Assembly: GCA_020628915.1 (NCBI GenBank)
Contig: JAHDEI010000002.1
Coordinates: forward strand, 7,153 to 71,152
From: Minisyncoccota bacterium
Lineage (GTDB): Bacteria; Patescibacteriota; Minisyncoccia; Phycocordibacterales; GCA-2747955
Reading direction: 5' to 3'
DNA length: 64,000 nucleotides
Shown here: piece by piece, positions 59,740 to 64,000 of the stretch
Layout of the letters: every line of letters starts with the position of its first letter
Position numbering within the stretch: position 1 is the stretch's first letter
The notes under the pieces: generated by a model
The model's input: only the letters and a program-made list of their open reading frames with translations
What the model was told of the DNA's origin: nothing
The model's database searches: none
Position numbers and translations under genes: made by a program

Positions 59740-60102
59740 CTATATACCCCCCATTAATGCATTTAGTGTTTTATGTTGTTGAGTGTTCACTTGAGAATTT
59801 TCCGAGATTATAACTTCTTGAATCTCAATTTTCCTATTCATCTGCTCAAGTAATCCTGTAATTATTGCTATCTGCTCTGCATGCTTTTTTACTTCATCAT
59901 TCAATCCAGCTATCCCTCCTTCCAATGCTGCTCCTTCACTGTCGTATCCCACATTCAATACAATGTCTAAAACATCCTTCTCTAAAGTATTATTCCTAGA
60001 AAGTAATTCTGTAATAACTTGTGATTGGTACCACGAAAAGAAACTTAATATTCCCAATATTATTATGATAGCAATCCAGCTAATCCTATATACATATTTC
60101 AT
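59740..60102 (-). CDS. hypothetical membrane-anchored coiled-coil protein (element cargo)
   Basis: N-terminal TM 'ISWIAIIIILGILSFF' then coiled coil. Confidence 0.5.
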   Translation of the reverse strand: MKYVYRISWIAIIIILGILSFFSWYQSQVITELLSRNNTLEKDVLDIVLNVGYDSEGAALEGGIAGLNDEVKKHAEQIAIITGLLEQMNRKIEIQEVIISENSQVNTQQHKTLNALMGGI

Positions 60103-60377
60103 ATATCTACTCTTATTCTTGTAATTTTAGGCAGACAAAAAGCCCACCACCAAGGAGATCCGAAGATCTTATGCGCAGTTTCCCTTGCATAACCATAACA
60201 GCAGGCCCATTGATGATGGGTTTTTTATGCTGTTATGGTTTTAATGCTTCACCATACCTCAGAGAGGGTTAGGTATTGCAAGTATTATTGTATCAAAAAA
60301 TACCGTATATTCGTTTGTAAGTGCTATTTCCCCTATATATACCCCCTCAACTTGATTTATTTATCAAGATATCAAGA

Positions 60378-61046
60378 TTAAAAATAATAATTCTCTACAA
60401 ATGTCTTTATTTTTGAGTCATCTTCTTGATTAAAAAATGAGTCTACACTAATGTCTTTGTACAGATCACCTTCGTCTAAGAACATAACTCTATCTGCCCC
60501 CCTTTCAGCAAAACCGAGTTCATGCGTTGCAAAAATAACTTGATAATCCTCTTCCTTTAATTTCTGAACCATCTCAAGAATATTCTTGGTAGCTTCAGGG
60601 TCAAGCGCAGATGTCACCTCATCCAACAAGAAAACTCGTGCGTTAATCATTAGGGCCCTGATTAGAGCAGTACGCTGTCTTTGACCTCCGGATAACTCGT
60701 TTGGGTACTTATTTCTGTGCTCATAAAGTTCAAACTCTTTAAGATATGTAACCGCTGTCTCCTTGTAGCTTTTCTCCCCTCTTAGCTTTGGAAGCAAAGT
60801 AATATTTTCTATTAGTGTTAGATGAGGAAATAAAGTGTAGTCTTGCGAAACATATGCGATCTTTCCATCAAAATTGATTTCTCCGGCATCTTTCTGTTCC
60901 AAGCCAGCTAAGAGTCTCAATAGCGTACTCTTACCTGAGCCACTTTTACCAACAAGTGCTATCGCCTCTCCGGGTGATACAGAAAAGCTTATATCTTTAA
61001 CAGAAAATCCTTCATATGATTTTGTAAGATTTGTAATTTTAGACAT
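60378..61046 (-). CDS. amino-acid ABC transporter ATP-binding protein
   Basis: Walker A 'GKSGSGKST', signature 'LSGGQRQRTALIRAL', Walker B 'FLLDEVTSALD'. Confidence 0.9.
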   Translation of the reverse strand: MSKITNLTKSYEGFSVKDISFSVSPGEAIALVGKSGSGKSTLLRLLAGLEQKDAGEINFDGKIAYVSQDYTLFPHLTLIENITLLPKLRGEKSYKETAVTYLKEFELYEHRNKYPNELSGGQRQRTALIRALMINARVFLLDEVTSALDPEATKNILEMVQKLKEEDYQVIFATHELGFAERGADRVMFLDEGDLYKDISVDSFFNQEDDSKIKTFVENYYF

Positions 61047-61689
61047 ACTCGACTTTATTATATTTCTTAAAATATGTCACAAAAAGATGAAGTGGTGCAA
61101 GAATTACTACAAAAAACAATATTAACAAGGTGTAGATAGGTACTGGATCATATATCAACGAGTTCACATTCTGGGCAACTCTAAATATCTCGGGTACTGC
61201 GATCAAAGACGCAAATAATGTGTATTCAAGCATTGTGGCTTGCAACAACATTACCTCAGGAAATGATCTCTTGAAGACAAGTGGTATCTCAATATTTCTC
61301 ACTATTTCTCCTTGTGTCATTCCAAGTGAGCTAGCTGACTCAATATATTTTTTAGGTAGTAGTTTGATCTCAGAAAATATCAAGTACGCAACGGAAATTA
61401 AATTAACGAGTCCAAATACCGCAACTGCTGTCCAGAATGGATCAACAACTACTCCCAACAATACTTGTAGTGGGTAGTGAAACCAAAATAGTATCACCAA
61501 AACTGGTATCACTTTTGAAAGAAACTTGAGTGAAGTTACAATATCACCAAATAACTCAATCTTTGAAGACAAAGCGCCTAAAAGAGTCCCTCCAGCCAAT
61601 CCAATTATCACAATCAATACAAAAAGCTTTACTGTTGTAATAAATCCACTTAAGAACAATGCTTGATGATTGATGAGAATGTCGATCAT
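61039..61689 (-). CDS. amino-acid ABC transporter permease (PAAT family)
   Basis: 216 aa, ~5 TM, EAA-like loop region; overlaps the ATPase start by 8 nt. Confidence 0.8.
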   Translation of the reverse strand: MIDILINHQALFLSGFITTVKLFVLIVIIGLAGGTLLGALSSKIELFGDIVTSLKFLSKVIPVLVILFWFHYPLQVLLGVVVDPFWTAVAVFGLVNLISVAYLIFSEIKLLPKKYIESASSLGMTQGEIVRNIEIPLVFKRSFPEVMLLQATMLEYTLFASLIAVPEIFRVAQNVNSLIYDPVPIYTLLILFFVVILAPLHLFVTYFKKYNKVEYV

Positions 61690-61695
61690 GTTTGA

Positions 61696-62550
61696 TTATT
61701 CGTATGTCTTCTTCTCCAGCAAGAAACTATCTCTAATGTCGTACTTATTAAGCAGTTCTTCAACTTTACCTTCATTGGCAAGTTCTTGTAGTGCAACGTT
61801 CCACATTCTCAACATGGCATCTTCCCCTCTAGGAAATACGTAGGAGTTCCCAAAAGTACGTACGAGTTCGTCTGATGCTTGCTTAATTGAACCTGGATTA
61901 CTCTCTAAGAAGTTATTAGCAACTGTTGGATCTACGAAAGTAATGTCAGCTTTTCCAGTTGTAATATTTAAAAGTATTTCTGATACAGAAGAGAGTGCAG
62001 GAAGCTCCACAACAGGAGCATTAGGATACGACTCTTTAGCAATAAATGAAGACATTTCTCCATCTAGAGTGCTGAGTTTGTATTCTCCAGAGGTTAGTAC
62101 ATCTAAGCCGTTATCAAACCGGTCATCGTCAGCTCGTGAGTACGCATAAACAGTACTGTACATAACAGGCTCAGAGAAGTATGCATTCCGTGCTCGTGAT
62201 GAGTTTGGCCACATCAAAACTCCCATCATGTCATATCTACCTACTTTTAAGTCTTCAGTTGCTGTTCCCCAAGCTGACTCTCCAGCCCAATTAATCTTAA
62301 TATTTAATCTTTCAGCGATTAATTCTGCCAGCTCATAAGAAAACCCAGACAAATCTCCTGTTTCAGGATCTTGGATAATATATGGATCATACACAATATA
62401 ACCCGCATTAATCTCTCCTTTTGATAAAACCTTCTCAACTAAATCTTGTTCATAAGATACTGACTTATCTTCATTGTTAAATGATAGTAATGCGAAGATT
62501 AAAGCCAATATTGCGATGATCCCGACCCCGTATTTTTGTACTTTTTCCAT
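61696..62550 (-). CDS. amino-acid ABC transporter substrate-binding protein (SBP family 3)
   Basis: Signal/anchor then 'GYIVYDPYIIQDPETGDLSGFSYELAELIAERL'. Confidence 0.8.
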   Translation of the reverse strand: MEKVQKYGVGIIAILALIFALLSFNNEDKSVSYEQDLVEKVLSKGEINAGYIVYDPYIIQDPETGDLSGFSYELAELIAERLNIKINWAGESAWGTATEDLKVGRYDMMGVLMWPNSSRARNAYFSEPVMYSTVYAYSRADDDRFDNGLDVLTSGEYKLSTLDGEMSSFIAKESYPNAPVVELPALSSVSEILLNITTGKADITFVDPTVANNFLESNPGSIKQASDELVRTFGNSYVFPRGEDAMLRMWNVALQELANEGKVEELLNKYDIRDSFLLEKKTYE

Positions 62551-62576
62551 AAAATAATTTTATCACAGTCGATAAC

Positions 62577-63251
62577 TTATTTATAAGCAACCAAAACAGC
62601 ATCTCTCTCAACTCGATCAGCGATCTCTACCCTAGAAAATCCAATCTCTTTTAGCTGTTTTGTTATTTCGTCTTCATCAATTCTATACAGATCTGTCGTA
62701 TCTTGTATTTCATGAGCAATCATCTCTTCTCGTGCTTTATCTGAAGTCATATAACGATAACGTTTATTTTGGTGATCGAGCATCTTTTCTAAGTCTGCAT
62801 TCTCAGGATAAATCTTCTCGGCTATTACCAACATTCCATCATCTGTGAGATTTTGATAAGCAAGTTTTAATAACTCGAGTCGCTCGCTATTTGGGAAATT
62901 GTGTATTGTCCAACAAGAAAAGATAGTATCGTATGGATCTGCAATCTTTAAGTACTCATATGCGTCTTCACATACAAAACTTGTCCGATCTTGGTAGGTT
63001 GTCAGCTTTTCTTTTGCTGTCTCGATCATGGTTGGAGAAACATCTAACAAATCAAGATTAGCTCCTGTGCGCTCAAGTACTGGAACAGTTGAATCTCCTT
63101 GGCCACACCCTATCTCTAAAACTCGGTCTCCATCTTTATATTTCTTCGCTATCTCAAATGCTGTTACATAAAAAAGGATAGGATTATACGGATTTAAATC
63201 AATAATCTCTTCGTTGTACTTCTCTAGTAAGTTATCATATCTGTTCTTCAT
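62577..63251 (-). CDS. class I SAM-dependent methyltransferase
   Basis: Motif I 'RVLEIGCGQGDST', 'LLDVSPTMIE'. Confidence 0.8.
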   Translation of the reverse strand: MKNRYDNLLEKYNEEIIDLNPYNPILFYVTAFEIAKKYKDGDRVLEIGCGQGDSTVPVLERTGANLDLLDVSPTMIETAKEKLTTYQDRTSFVCEDAYEYLKIADPYDTIFSCWTIHNFPNSERLELLKLAYQNLTDDGMLVIAEKIYPENADLEKMLDHQNKRYRYMTSDKAREEMIAHEIQDTTDLYRIDEDEITKQLKEIGFSRVEIADRVERDAVLVAYK

Positions 63252-63427
63252 AATCTTATTATATATTAGATTATCTTCTTGTGCCCCCTATTGGATACTG
63301 TATTTGTTTAAGAATATAGTCTATACAGGTTTTAAGTTCCTATTTTTTGGCAAGTTAATCCACGTATACCACTGCCACACAAAGGTTTTTACTTGTTCCG
63401 ATGTATCAGGCGTAATTTCCACATAAA

Positions 63428-63455
63428 AACAACGCGGCCTTTCGGCCGCGTTGTT
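63428..63455 (-). terminator. intrinsic terminator aacaacgcggcc-tttc-ggccgcgttgtt
   Basis: 12-bp stem followed by T-run on minus strand; downstream of 63466.. gene. Confidence 0.7.
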
Positions 63456-63465
63456 TTTTGAAACC

Positions 63466-64000
63466 CTACAGAAAAAAATATACTCCTATACCCACCAAAC
63501 AAATAATGACAACCATCCACGCAAATGATCTCAGTACATCTTTACGAGCAAGTAATGCAATATAACCAACTTTCACAAAGGTATTAATAACAATAGACAA
63601 CGTCACAGCCAACGTAGTAATTCCTTGAGAAATCTCCCCCACCTTATGAGCCTGTAACGCAGAAAGAATTGACGCGTCTACATCCACAAACGATGACAGC
63701 AAAGCAATAGCGAGCACTCCATAGTCTCCAAAATAATCTTTTGCGAATGAGACTGCCAGCAAAACAACCACAAACAATGCCCCGAACTTTAATGCAGGCA
63801 TGATTTCAAAAGGGCTACTGATTTCTGGATCAAGTTCAACAATATTAGACATGTCCCGACCCTTCCACATCGACCACCCAACAAGTAATACCGTCACGGT
63901 AAGCATAGAAACAGGAACAAAAATAACTGATTTTACTTCGGCTCCGGCAACAACCCCAATTTCAAAAATGACTCTTAGTAGCATTGTTCCAATTGCAATA
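63466..64000 (-). CDS. integral membrane protein (MgtC/DUF4010-like?), N-terminus beyond window end
   Basis: Reading frame stays open to the window edge upstream of the listed Met; multiple TM helices. Confidence 0.5.
   Translation of the reverse strand, partial: IAIGTMLLRVIFEIGVVAGAEVKSVIFVPVSMLTVTVLLVGWSMWKGRDMSNIVELDPEISSPFEIMPALKFGALFVVVLLAVSFAKDYFGDYGVLAIALLSSFVDVDASILSALQAHKVGEISQGITTLAVTLSIVINTFVKVGYIALLARKDVLRSFAWMVVIICLVGIGVYFFL

Larger units (their letters stand above)
57020..60377. mobile_element. putative small integrative element at the 3' end of ssrA (recombinase + hypothetical cargo ORFs); far boundary uncertain
   Basis: Serine recombinase abutting/overlapping the tmRNA 3' end (classic island integration site), followed by two hypothetical ORFs and a large nested hairpin at ~60190-60240. 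Confidence 0.45.

Overview
AT-rich, densely packed bacterial chromosome segment made almost entirely of housekeeping genes. It resembles a small-genome lineage, possibly Patescibacteria/CPR-like; that placement is inference from gene content and compact protein sizes. No tRNA, rRNA or CRISPR array was found. Many textbook sigma70 promoters (TTGACA-17-TATAAT) and GC-stem/T-tract intrinsic terminators are visible.

Genes recognised, in order along the window (protein-motif reading of the supplied ORFs plus manual translation of ORF-free gaps):
- Start of window to ~6.7 kb: pnp (5' partial, runs off the window start), a flavodoxin-like NAD(P)H quinone reductase, a secreted HExxH protein, truB, pgeF/yfiH, glutaredoxin, a HAD deoxyribonucleotidase.
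- ~6.7-11 kb: a truncated S10 cluster on the minus strand (tuf-rpsJ-rplC-rplD-rplW-rplB).
- ~11.8-21.7 kb: recO, ileS, argS, glyA.
- ~22.4-25.8 kb: a tight dTMP-synthesis operon, tmk-dut-thyA-(folA::folD fusion).
- ~29.6-37.5 kb: lepA, a Nudix hydrolase, gyrA.
- ~40-48 kb: rpsA, ndk, pheST, a short rel (RelA/SpoT).
- ~49-52 kb: an AstE/AspA-family hydrolase, ftsH.
- ~53.8-57.1 kb: smpB, a DUF192 protein, cfa, an intact tmRNA (ssrA).
- ~57-60.1 kb: a large serine recombinase whose 3' end overlaps the tmRNA 3' end, plus two cargo ORFs.
- ~60.4-64 kb: an amino-acid ABC transporter (3 genes), a SAM methyltransferase.

Most notable observation: the IleRS ORF (1184 aa) carries an in-frame ~205-aa histidine-phosphatase (PGAM/SixA-like, 'RHGESESN') domain inserted between the Rossmann-fold second half and the KMSKS region.

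Other points of interest:
- A DHFR-FolD fusion protein within the thymidylate operon.
- A leader region downstream of argS with promoter, Shine-Dalgarno sequence, 25-codon ORF and hairpins.
- A tri-cistronic operon of three small membrane peptides.
- Several short repeats and identical terminator hairpins.
- A ~135-nt structured element with terminal inverted repeats.
- A GC-richer three-gene cluster (paralog pair plus a Cys4/Gly-zipper protein).
- A small putative integrative element at ssrA.
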